From Sulfurihydrogenibium sp. (lineage in GTDB: Bacteria > Aquificota > Aquificia > Aquificales > Hydrogenothermaceae), in contig JBBIPN010000011.1 of NCBI GenBank assembly GCA_037442825.1, positions 1 through 25,694 on the forward strand: a stretch of 25,694 bases of DNA. Reading direction: 5' to 3'. Shown piece by piece: positions 9,877 to 18,678 of the stretch; the first letter of the stretch is position 1; each line of letters begins with the position of its first letter. Below the pieces are notes generated by a model. That model ran no database searches. It was not told the origin of the DNA and was given only the letters and a program-made list of their open reading frames with translations. The translations under genes and the position numbers were made by a program.

Positions 9877-12021
9877 TGTTCTTTTTAAAACTCTATAAAC
9901 TGAAATAATACCTGGCGTATTTTTTATAGATTTAATAATCTTTAAAAGATGTTCTTTATTTTTTACCTGTAATTTAAAGTCTATAATTGCATTTCCAGAT
10001 TTTAGTGTTTTTACCATAGCACTTGTAATATTTGATTTCCCATTAGCAATACTATTTGATACATTTGCTAAAATACCCGGTTTATCTTCTGTAAATACTT
10101 TTATTTCTGAATTATAAACATGGTTTATATTTTCTCCCCAAACTACGTTTATAACTTTTTCTGGACTTTGTTCTAAAGTTTGTTTTACATAAGGACATTT
10201 TTTTCTATGTATTCCTATTCCTTTACCTTTTGTAATAATGCCAACAATCTCATCTCCTGGTAAAGGTAAACAACATTTTGATATGTGAGAAAGTATATTT
10301 GATATACCATCTACTTCAATAGAAATATCGGTTATAGTTTTTTTTGTTTCAGAAGATTTTTCTTCTTTCTCTTCTTTATCTCCACTTAAAAATTTTACTA
10401 TTTTTGCTGGGGAAATTTTGCTATCTCCTACTGCTGCTAAAAAATCTTCAAATGTTTTGTAGTTGTATTTTTTAATTAACTCTTTTTTCTCTTCTTCTGT
10501 TAACGTTGTGGTTTTTTTATTTATCTTTTTTAAAAATTTATCTAAAAGCTTTTCTCCAAACTTTATAGATTTTTCTCTTTCTATTTTTGATATAAATTGT
10601 TTTATGTTTGTTTTTGCTTTTGATGTTACAACAAAGTTCAACCAATCCCTTGATGGGTTATGTCCTTCTTTTGTTATTATCTCAACAACATCTCCACTTT
10701 TCAATTTTGTGTCAAGAGGAACAAATCTACTATTTACTTTGGCTCCTATTGTTTTATGTCCTATGGCAGTATGTATAGCATAAGCAAAATCAACAGGTGT
10801 AGCACCTGAAGGAAGTTTTATAAGGTCGCCTTTTGGTGTAAATACAAATATTTCATCTAAGGATAAATCTTTACTTATATCATCTATTATTTCACTATTT
10901 TGATTTCCTTTTAAAGTTTCTAGTAAATTTTTCAACCATAAAAAGTTTTGAGCATCTTTTTCTGTTAAATCTTTACCACCTTTGTATATCCAATGGGCTG
11001 CAATACCCTCTTCTGCAATTTTATGCATTTGATAAGTTTTTATCTGTATCTCAACAAACTTTCCGTCAGGTCCAACTACTGTTGTATGGAGAGCTTGATA
11101 AAAGTTTGATTTAGGTAAAGATATATAATCTTTAAATTTTCCAGGTACAGGTGTCCAAATTGAATGGATAATCCCTAACACTAAATAGCAATTTTTAATA
11201 TCATCAACCAATACTCTAACACCAAAAACATCGTATATATCACTTAGTTTTAGATTTTTTCTTTTTGTTTTTTCGTAAATACTGTATAGATGTTTTGACC
11301 TATATTGAATATCAGCATTGATATTGTGTTCTTCTAACGTTTTTTTTATTTTTGGTATCACTTTTTCTTCTAAGTACTTTGTATTTTTTTCCTTGGAATG
11401 TGCAAAGTAAGTGACAATTTTTTTATAATCTTCTGGATATAAATACATAAAACTATAGTCTTCTAACTCTCTTTTGATATTCCATAGTCCAAGTCTACTT
11501 GCTAAAGGAGCATATATTTCTAATGTTTCTTTTGCTATCCTTCTTTGTTTCTCTTCTCTTAAGTGTGATAATGTTTTTATATTATGTAATCTATCAGCTA
11601 ATTTAACTATAATAACTCTAATATCATTAGCAGTTGAAACAATTAGTTTTCTAAAATTTTCTACTTTAGCATCTTCAATATTTTCAAAATTATATTTCCC
11701 AATTTTTGTTACACCGTCTACAATTTGAGCAACCTTTTCCCCAAATTTCTCCTTAATTTCTTCAAGTGTAACATCTGTATCTTCTACTACATCGTGGAGT
11801 AATGTTGCGATTATAGTTGTTTTATCTAACTTTAAATCTGCTATAATTTTTGCAGCTTCTATAGGGTGGACGTAATAAGGTTCTCCTGATTTCCTAAATT
11901 GATTATGATGTTTATCTATAATAAAATCTACTGTATTTTCAACTTCTTCTATCTCTTCTTTTTTTAGGTAATCTAACTTATCTAAAAGCTGTTTTACAAC
12001 TATAGGTTTTGTATTTTCCAT
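9874..12021 (-). CDS. spoT: bifunctional (p)ppGpp synthetase/hydrolase (long RSH: HD, synthetase, TGS, ZFD, ACT)
   Basis: RKSGEPY, LLHDVVEDT, KLADRLHN, YQALHT, EIQIKT, FTPKG...TPVDFAY (TGS), CCLPLPGD, DKPGIL (ACT). Confidence 0.95.
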   Translation of the reverse strand: MENTKPIVVKQLLDKLDYLKKEEIEEVENTVDFIIDKHHNQFRKSGEPYYVHPIEAAKIIADLKLDKTTIIATLLHDVVEDTDVTLEEIKEKFGEKVAQIVDGVTKIGKYNFENIEDAKVENFRKLIVSTANDIRVIIVKLADRLHNIKTLSHLREEKQRRIAKETLEIYAPLASRLGLWNIKRELEDYSFMYLYPEDYKKIVTYFAHSKEKNTKYLEEKVIPKIKKTLEEHNINADIQYRSKHLYSIYEKTKRKNLKLSDIYDVFGVRVLVDDIKNCYLVLGIIHSIWTPVPGKFKDYISLPKSNFYQALHTTVVGPDGKFVEIQIKTYQMHKIAEEGIAAHWIYKGGKDLTEKDAQNFLWLKNLLETLKGNQNSEIIDDISKDLSLDEIFVFTPKGDLIKLPSGATPVDFAYAIHTAIGHKTIGAKVNSRFVPLDTKLKSGDVVEIITKEGHNPSRDWLNFVVTSKAKTNIKQFISKIEREKSIKFGEKLLDKFLKKINKKTTTLTEEEKKELIKKYNYKTFEDFLAAVGDSKISPAKIVKFLSGDKEEKEEKSSETKKTITDISIEVDGISNILSHISKCCLPLPGDEIVGIITKGKGIGIHRKKCPYVKQTLEQSPEKVINVVWGENINHVYNSEIKVFTEDKPGILANVSNSIANGKSNITSAMVKTLKSGNAIIDFKLQVKNKEHLLKIIKSIKNTPGIISVYRVLKRT

Positions 12022-12067
12022 ATATAAAATATTATATACTTTTTATTACATTTTCAAATTAAAATCG

Positions 12068-12151
12068 TGCTATAATTTTAGATAGCTTTAAATATTGTAA
12101 TAACTTGATTTTTTAAGCTTATAGTGTTAAATTATTAAAACATTGTTTTAA
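12068..12151 (+). promoter_or_regulatory. tandem candidate promoters of the por operon plus palindromic operator
   Basis: TGcTATAAT (12068-12076); TTGATT (12105-12110), 17 bp, TGtTAAATT (12125-12133); perfect 8-1-8 palindrome TTAAAACA-T-TGTTTTAA (12135-12151). Confidence 0.65.
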
Positions 12152-12182
12152 AAATTTTATCAATTTTAGGAGGTCAAACATT

Positions 12183-12779
12183 ATGACAACCTTAACAGAT
12201 AAAGCTACAAAAGAGATCAGATGGCACGGAAGAGGCGGTCAAGGTACAGTTACAGCTGCAAAAATGTTAGCTTCAGCTGCTATTATTAGAGGAAAATATG
12301 GTCAGGCAATGCCAGAGTTTGGTTTAGAGAGGTCTGGTACACCAGTTAAAGTTTCTACGAGAATTTCAGATAATCCTATAAATACTCGTGCTCCAGTTGA
12401 TAAACCTGAAATAGTTATTATAACAGATCCATCTATTATGTTTACTATAAGGGATATCATAGTTTCTGGAATAGATGAGAATACAGTATTTATAGTTAAT
12501 ACTAATTTCCCGCCAGAAAAAGTTAGACAGATTTTAGGTATTTCGAATAATGAACTTTGGATTGTAGATGCTTCTAAAATAGCTTTAGAAGAGTTTGGAA
12601 AAAACATACCAAACACTGCAGTTTTAGGTGCTGTAGCTAAATCTACTGGTTTAGTTGATTTAGATGCTTTAGAACAAGAAATTTCAGAGGCTTTTGAAGC
12701 AAGCTCAAAACTAAGGGCTTTACTTGAGCAAAACTTAAAAGCTTTAAGAAGAGGTTATGAAGAAGTTTATAAAGCTTAA
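12183..12779 (+). CDS. porG: 2-oxoacid (probably pyruvate):ferredoxin oxidoreductase gamma subunit
   Basis: EIRWHGRGGQG, FGLERSG(T)PV, IPNTAVLGA. Confidence 0.88.
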   Translation: MTTLTDKATKEIRWHGRGGQGTVTAAKMLASAAIIRGKYGQAMPEFGLERSGTPVKVSTRISDNPINTRAPVDKPEIVIITDPSIMFTIRDIIVSGIDENTVFIVNTNFPPEKVRQILGISNNELWIVDASKIALEEFGKNIPNTAVLGAVAKSTGLVDLDALEQEISEAFEASSKLRALLEQNLKALRRGYEEVYKA

Positions 12780-12802
12780 TTAAACTTAGGAGGTTATTTT
12801 TC

Positions 12803-13108
12803 ATGTATGAACTTAAAAAATGGTTTGAGATACCTATAGGTTCTATAGTTCCAGAAACTGGTTCAAGTATGATGAATAATACTGGTTCTTGGAGAATGTT
12901 AAGACCGGTATTAAATACGGAGAAATGTACTAACTGTTTAATCTGTTGGATATTCTGTCCAGATGATAGTATTCCTGTTAATAAAGAACAAAGATTTGAA
13001 ACAGATTTTTACTATTGTAAAGGTTGTGGTATCTGTGCAGTAGAGTGTCCTTATGATGCTCTTGAAATGGTTCCAGAGATGGAAATTAAACTTAAAGAGC
13101 TTGAGTAA
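12803..13108 (+). CDS. porD: 2-oxoacid:ferredoxin oxidoreductase delta subunit, 2x[4Fe-4S]
   Basis: TGSWR..RP, CTNCLICWIFCP and CKGCGICAVECP. Confidence 0.9.
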   Translation: MYELKKWFEIPIGSIVPETGSSMMNNTGSWRMLRPVLNTEKCTNCLICWIFCPDDSIPVNKEQRFETDFYYCKGCGICAVECPYDALEMVPEMEIKLKELE

Positions 13109-13127
13109 TTATTAGGAGGATATAATC

Positions 13128-14318
13128 ATGCCAACAAAAGTAATAGCATTAACAGGTAATCAAGCTGCAGCAGAAGCTATGAGGCAGATTAACTTTGATG
13201 TAGCTGCAGTATATCCTATATCTCCACAAACAGAATTGATGGGTTTCTTTGCAGAGTATGTTGCAAACGGAGAAGTTAATACAGATATGGTTGCAGTTGA
13301 AGGTGAACATTCTGCAATGGCAGCATGTATAGGAGCTGCAGCAGCTGGTGCAAGAGTTATAACGGCTTCGGCAGGACCTGGTATAGCTTATATGGTAGAA
13401 AATCTTTATATAGCCTCAGGTATGAGATTACCAATAGTTCTTATCGATGTTAACAGGGCATTATCTGCTCCATTATCTATTCACTGTGATCACGGAGATT
13501 CTATGCTTACAAGAGACTCTAGCTGGATATCTTTATTCTCAGAGAATGCTCAAGAAGCTTATCATAACTTAATCATGTCTGTTAAAATTGCTGAAAAAGC
13601 AATGTTCCCAGTTATAGTAAACTATGATGGTTATATAGTATCTCATTCTATTGAAAACGTAGAGATACTAGATGATGAAACAGTTAGAAACTTTGTCGGA
13701 CCATCAGATATCCATAGAATACCTTACCCATTATTAGATGTTTCTAAACCTGTTACATATGGTGCTACTGCACAACCAGACTACTATACAGAATGTAAAT
13801 ATCAGCAGCATGTAGATTTCTTAAAAGTTTATGATATAGTAAAAGAAGTATCTCAAGAGTTTGAAGCAATAAGTGGTAAATACTATGGATTTATTGAAGA
13901 GTATATGACTGATGATGCAGAATATATAGGTATATCTATGGGTTCATCTTTTGGAACACTTAAAGATGCTGTAAATGCACTTAGATCTCAAGGTAGGAAG
14001 GTGGGTGCTATTAAGATAAGACTATATAGGCCATTTCCAGTAAAAGATCTTGCAACTGCTTTAGAAAATGCGAAAGGTGTTGTTGTGTTTGATAGAGCAG
14101 ACTCTTTTGATGGTATTGGTGGACCATTATTTAAAGATGTTGCTGCTGCTATATTCCACAATAAAAATAGACCATATCTCCATAACTTCATATATGGATT
14201 AGGTGGAAGGGAAATTAATGAAGAAGAGTTTATAAGAGCACTTGATAGATTAGAAAGATTAGAAAAAGGTGTAGAAACAAGAGAAAATTTAGTTGAATAC
14301 TTACAAGCGAGGGCGTAA
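13128..14318 (+). CDS. porA: 2-oxoacid (probably pyruvate):ferredoxin oxidoreductase alpha subunit
   Basis: GNQAAA, YPISPQ, EGEHSA, NRALSAP, IRLYRPFP, YGLGGRE. Confidence 0.88.
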   Translation: MPTKVIALTGNQAAAEAMRQINFDVAAVYPISPQTELMGFFAEYVANGEVNTDMVAVEGEHSAMAACIGAAAAGARVITASAGPGIAYMVENLYIASGMRLPIVLIDVNRALSAPLSIHCDHGDSMLTRDSSWISLFSENAQEAYHNLIMSVKIAEKAMFPVIVNYDGYIVSHSIENVEILDDETVRNFVGPSDIHRIPYPLLDVSKPVTYGATAQPDYYTECKYQQHVDFLKVYDIVKEVSQEFEAISGKYYGFIEEYMTDDAEYIGISMGSSFGTLKDAVNALRSQGRKVGAIKIRLYRPFPVKDLATALENAKGVVVFDRADSFDGIGGPLFKDVAAAIFHNKNRPYLHNFIYGLGGREINEEEFIRALDRLERLEKGVETRENLVEYLQARA

Positions 14319-14320
14319 TC

Positions 14321-15352
14321 ATGGCAAAAAAAGTAACTATTCAAGTTTTAGCTGATTTAGCTCAAGAAAGAGAAGAAAAGTATAACTCTCACAACCCATT
14401 AGCTCCTGGTCATAGAATGTGTATAGGGTGTGGTATACCACCGATAGTAAACGAAGTATTACTTGCTATAGATAAACCTGTAGTTGTGTCTACTGCAACA
14501 GGTTGTTTGGAAGTTACAACAGGAGTTTATCCATATACAGCTTGGAATACTCCTTGGATTCACGTAAACTTTCAATCTGCTGCTGCTACAATAGGTGGTG
14601 TTGAAGCTGCTTATAAAGTATTAAAGAAAAAAGGTTTAATTGATGAAGATATTGCTTTTGTTGCTTTCGGTGGAGATGGTGGAACATACGACATAGGTTT
14701 TCAATCTCTTTCTGCTGCAGTAGAGAGAGGACATGATTTCTTATACGTTTGTTATAACAATGAAGGATATCAAAATACTGGGTATCAAAAATCATCAGCA
14801 ACACCAATAGGTGTGTACACTAAAACTACACCAGTAGGTAAAGAAAAAATAGGAAAACAAGAACCAAGAAAAGACCTAACAATGATTATGGCTGCTCATA
14901 GTATCCCTTATGTAGCTCAAGCATCACCCCATATATATAGAGATTTAACAAGAAAAGTTAAAAAAGCTATGACATTTAAAGGTCCTAAATTTATAAACAC
15001 TTTACAACCTTGTACACTTTCATGGAGATTTTCTCCAGAAGATACTATGAGACTTGCTAAGTTAGCTGTAGAAACAAGATACTGGCCAGTTTACGAAGTT
15101 ATCAACGGCAAATACTGGAAAGTTAATATTAAACCAAAAAGACCAAAGCCAATAGAAGAGTACATTGCTGCACAACCAAGATGGAAACACGTATTGAAGT
15201 ATCCGGAAATAGTAGAAAGAATTCAAAAAGAAGTTGATGATAAATGGAATCACTTACTTGCTCTTGAAGAAGCTTCAAAAATTCTTGCTGAAAAAGAAGG
15301 TATTGATTACGAAGCACTATTTGCAAATCCTGAAGATAATAAAGAAAGTTGA
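14321..15352 (+). CDS. porB: 2-oxoacid (probably pyruvate):ferredoxin oxidoreductase beta subunit
   Basis: GHRMCIGCG, ATGCLEV, GGDGGTYDIG, NNEGYQNTG.Q, PC. Confidence 0.88.
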   Translation: MAKKVTIQVLADLAQEREEKYNSHNPLAPGHRMCIGCGIPPIVNEVLLAIDKPVVVSTATGCLEVTTGVYPYTAWNTPWIHVNFQSAAATIGGVEAAYKVLKKKGLIDEDIAFVAFGGDGGTYDIGFQSLSAAVERGHDFLYVCYNNEGYQNTGYQKSSATPIGVYTKTTPVGKEKIGKQEPRKDLTMIMAAHSIPYVAQASPHIYRDLTRKVKKAMTFKGPKFINTLQPCTLSWRFSPEDTMRLAKLAVETRYWPVYEVINGKYWKVNIKPKRPKPIEEYIAAQPRWKHVLKYPEIVERIQKEVDDKWNHLLALEEASKILAEKEGIDYEALFANPEDNKES

Positions 15353-15356
15353 TATA

Positions 15357-15653
15357 TTAAGGGGCTTTGCCCCTTTTTTCTTTTTCTGCTTTTTCTATTT
15401 TCTCTTCTAAATCAAGAATATCAAATTTGGCTTTTTCAATATTTTTAAAACTTCCCCTTAAAAATAAAGCTGCAATAATTGTTAAAAATCCAATTAATGT
15501 AAACAATCTAGCAAAAACTACTATAATAAAAGGTGTGAGATCAGATTCATTAGATTTAAACTCATCTATGGTTCTGACAACTATAGCTGTTCCTATTGAA
15601 AAGACTATTAGAAAAACAATGGTAAATATTAATATTTTTTCACTTTTTTCCAT
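15357..15653 (-). CDS. small two-TM membrane protein, C-terminus resembling CcoS/FixS-like proteins
   Basis: Two hydrophobic segments followed by GSFKNIEKAKFDILDLE; start ATG 15653 or GTG 15662. Confidence 0.6.
   Translation of the reverse strand: MEKSEKILIFTIVFLIVFSIGTAIVVRTIDEFKSNESDLTPFIIVVFARLFTLIGFLTIIAALFLRGSFKNIEKAKFDILDLEEKIEKAEKEKRGKAP
15359..15379 (+). terminator. Rho-independent terminator of por operon
   Basis: AAGGGGC-ttt-GCCCCTT followed by T run; lies within the 3' end of the opposite-strand gene. Confidence 0.8.
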
Positions 15654-15721
15654 AATAACCACTTATTTTAATTTATATTTTGATATAATTTTTTCAATAT
15701 AAGTTTATTTTGAGGATAAAA

Positions 15722-16471
15722 ATGGAAAAAGTTTTTATAGATGGTAAAGAGTTTATAGGTAAAGATTTATTAAGACCTTTAATGTACGGAGAAGGTGTTT
15801 TTGAGACTTTTAGATATAATGGAAGTTTACCAAAATATATTGATTTTCATTATGAAAGGCTAATTAATGGTGCAAAAGTTTTAAATATTCCAAAAATATC
15901 AAAAGAAGATTATCTATATTATATAAATCAAGCTGTTGAAAATTCAGAGAGTAAAGATCTATATGTAAAAACTGTTCTTATTTCAAAAGGTAATATTTAC
16001 TATCCATTAATCCCAAGTGGTGGAAGTTTAATAGTGATAACAAAACCTTATAAACCTATACAGGAGGAAATAAGATTAACTATCTCACCTTATAAAGTTC
16101 ATAGTTTGGATCCTTTACTTAAAATTAAGTCAACAAACTATCTGAGGAATATACTAATTAAACGATATGCAAAAGAAAAAGGATTTTTTGACTGTATTGT
16201 ATTGAATGAAAATAATAATATAACAGAAACATCTTCTGCCAATATCTTTTGGATAAAAGGAAAGCATCTCTATACACCTTCTTTAGATTGTGGTGTTCTT
16301 GATGGAGTTTCAAGAAGAGTAATTTTAGAAGAAGCGAAAAAACAAGGTTTTATAGTTGTAGGGGGAAGGTTTTTTTTAGAAGATTTGAAGAATGCTAATT
16401 TAGTATTTTTAAGTAATGCTTTGCACGGCATAATAAAAGTTAAAGAAATCAATTTTAAATACGAAAAATAA
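15722..16471 (+). CDS. class IV PLP aminotransferase family, probably 4-amino-4-deoxychorismate lyase (PabC-like)
   Basis: YGEGVFET, catalytic K in KIKSTNY, ETSSANIF, LDGVSR, SNAL; ATG 15722 behind GAGG. Confidence 0.8.
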   Translation: MEKVFIDGKEFIGKDLLRPLMYGEGVFETFRYNGSLPKYIDFHYERLINGAKVLNIPKISKEDYLYYINQAVENSESKDLYVKTVLISKGNIYYPLIPSGGSLIVITKPYKPIQEEIRLTISPYKVHSLDPLLKIKSTNYLRNILIKRYAKEKGFFDCIVLNENNNITETSSANIFWIKGKHLYTPSLDCGVLDGVSRRVILEEAKKQGFIVVGGRFFLEDLKNANLVFLSNALHGIIKVKEINFKYEK

Positions 16472-16474
16472 TTT

Positions 16475-17890
16475 ATGAGATTAAGATTATTAATAATATT
16501 ACTTCTAACTTTTAGATTATCTTTTGCCAATGATGATTTAAAACTTTATCTAAATAAGATTGTTCAAGATTTCACGAAAGACGAAGATATTAAAGTTGCT
16601 ATAACTATAAAATCTTTAAATAAGGATAAATTATATTTTGAATATAATAGTCATGAATCATTTATTCCTGCATCAAATCAAAAAATAATAACAACTATAA
16701 CAGCCCTTATTAATCTAACACCAGACTATAGATTTAAAACTATAGTTGCAACAGATGGAAATATAAAAGATGATATCTTAAATGGAAATCTCTATTTAAT
16801 AGGTGGTGGAGATCCAACACTTAGTGATAAAGATATAGAATTTATTGTTAAAAATATAAAAGAGTTAGGTATAAAACAGATAAAGGGCAATATAGTTGGA
16901 GATAAATCATTTTTTTCAGAAGAAAAGGTAAGTCAAGGATGGCCTGAAAGAGATTTAAATTATTGTTATACTGCACCGTTTAGTGGCCTTTCTTTAAATG
17001 AAAACTGTTTTAGTTTAAAAGTAAATTCTAATAAAAATAAAGTGTTTATTTCAATAAATCCAAAAAACAATTACTATAAAATAGTTAATAATTTAAAAAT
17101 CTCTAATAAAAAAAACGAAATTTTTGTAAAAGTTCATGAAAAAGAACTTATTGTTAAAGGTTATATAAAGCCATTTGTAAAAGAAGAATTTTCCTTACCT
17201 GTTGAGCATCCATCATTTTTTGCTACATCGGTTTTTTATACTACTTTACTAAAAAATGGGGTTAAAATATCAGGAGATTATTTTGTTGGTAAATCACCAA
17301 AAAATGTAAAAGTATTGTATATTCATCAATCAGAACCGCTAAGAGAGATAATTAAAAAAGCAAATAAAGATAGTGATAATTTTTATGCAGAGCAAATTTT
17401 TAGGACCTTAGGTAGAGAAATATTAAAAGAAGGTTCTACAGCAGCATCTTCAAAAGTGGTATTAGAAACACTAAGGAAAATAGGAATAGATCCAGAAAGT
17501 ATTAAAATCTACGATGGTAGTGGTTTATCAAAATATAATAGATTAACTGCAGAATCTTTAGTTAAATTGTTAATGTACTCTTATAAAACACCATACTTTT
17601 ATGATATCTATGATTCTTTAGCTATATCTGGAAAAGATGGTACATTAAAAAGAAGGTTAAATAATGAGATATTAAAAGGGAAAGTAGTAGCTAAAACAGG
17701 TTTTATAAAAGGTGTTAAGAATTTAACAGGTTTTGCTACTACAATAAATGGAGATGTTTTTGTATTCTCTATTTTAACTAATGATTTAAAATCAACTAAA
17801 GTAGCAAATTCTCTTCAAGAAGAAATATGTAAATTTTTAGTAACATATCCACAAAATTTAGCACTTAAAGAACATTTAGAAGGATTTTAA
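16475..17890 (+). CDS. dacB: D-alanyl-D-alanine carboxypeptidase/endopeptidase (PBP4, peptidase S13)
   Basis: Signal peptide; SxxK (PASNQK), SxN (SDN), DGSGLS, KTG. Confidence 0.93.
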   Translation: MRLRLLIILLLTFRLSFANDDLKLYLNKIVQDFTKDEDIKVAITIKSLNKDKLYFEYNSHESFIPASNQKIITTITALINLTPDYRFKTIVATDGNIKDDILNGNLYLIGGGDPTLSDKDIEFIVKNIKELGIKQIKGNIVGDKSFFSEEKVSQGWPERDLNYCYTAPFSGLSLNENCFSLKVNSNKNKVFISINPKNNYYKIVNNLKISNKKNEIFVKVHEKELIVKGYIKPFVKEEFSLPVEHPSFFATSVFYTTLLKNGVKISGDYFVGKSPKNVKVLYIHQSEPLREIIKKANKDSDNFYAEQIFRTLGREILKEGSTAASSKVVLETLRKIGIDPESIKIYDGSGLSKYNRLTAESLVKLLMYSYKTPYFYDIYDSLAISGKDGTLKRRLNNEILKGKVVAKTGFIKGVKNLTGFATTINGDVFVFSILTNDLKSTKVANSLQEEICKFLVTYPQNLALKEHLEGF

Positions 17891-18454
17891 TATGTCTTCA
17901 ACTTCTTTAAGATAACCTTTTCTAATATCATCACTCACGTATGGAACACTGTAAAAGAATTTGATTTTTATATTTTTTATGCCACAAAATCTAAAGATTT
18001 CAGCAAATGTGTTTTCTAAACATTTATCAAAATTACTACTTTCGTATTCTTCTTTACTACCACCAAAGTTAGCAAAAATTAAAACTTCTTTATTTTCCAA
18101 TAAGCCTTTAATTTCACCGTTTTCTAATACTATATAAGCAAATCCATATGAAAAAACTCTATCAATATAACCTTTTAAAATAGCTGGGAAAGAGTACCAC
18201 CATATAGGAAATATAAAGATAAGTTTTTTTGATTTTTTAATAAACTCTTGTTCAGCTTTAACATCATCACTATAATTACCTTTTTGCATCAGTAAAAAAT
18301 CATGAGCTGATAATATAGGGTTAAAATTTAGCTGATACAGGTCTCTAACTTCAAAATTTTCATTTTTCTGTTTTAAAACATCTATAATTTTTTCTTTAGT
18401 CCCATTTGAAAAGCTTTCTGGATTTGGATGAGCGTATATGATTAGGTAACTCAT
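17876..18454 (-). CDS. NAD(P)H:quinone oxidoreductase, flavodoxin-like fold (KefF/MdaB family)
   Basis: YAHPNPESF, RDLY, FPIWWYSFPAILKGYIDRVF, GFAY. Confidence 0.9.
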   Translation of the reverse strand: MSYLIIYAHPNPESFSNGTKEKIIDVLKQKNENFEVRDLYQLNFNPILSAHDFLLMQKGNYSDDVKAEQEFIKKSKKLIFIFPIWWYSFPAILKGYIDRVFSYGFAYIVLENGEIKGLLENKEVLIFANFGGSKEEYESSNFDKCLENTFAEIFRFCGIKNIKIKFFYSVPYVSDDIRKGYLKEVEDILKSF

Positions 18455-18468
18455 ACTTTTTCTCCTAT

Positions 18469-18663
18469 TTAAAGTTTTATTTCAACTCTTGTGTTTTCAT
18501 CATAGATGTATATTTTTCCTTCTTCTTCATCTCTTGTTTTTTTATGGTAACCATCACAGAAAGGAAATTTTTTTGATAAACCACACTGACATATAAAGTA
18601 TTTATCATCTTTACCTTCCAATTTTAAAGGCTCTTTTGCTGTCATTTTAACTAATCTTGCCAT
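18469..18663 (-). CDS. CDGSH iron-sulfur domain protein
   Basis: CQCGLSKKFPFCDGYH (3Cys-1His [2Fe-2S] motif); SD GGAGGAG. Confidence 0.88.
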   Translation of the reverse strand: MARLVKMTAKEPLKLEGKDDKYFICQCGLSKKFPFCDGYHKKTRDEEEGKIYIYDENTRVEIKL

Positions 18664-18678
18664 ATTATTTTCTCCTCC

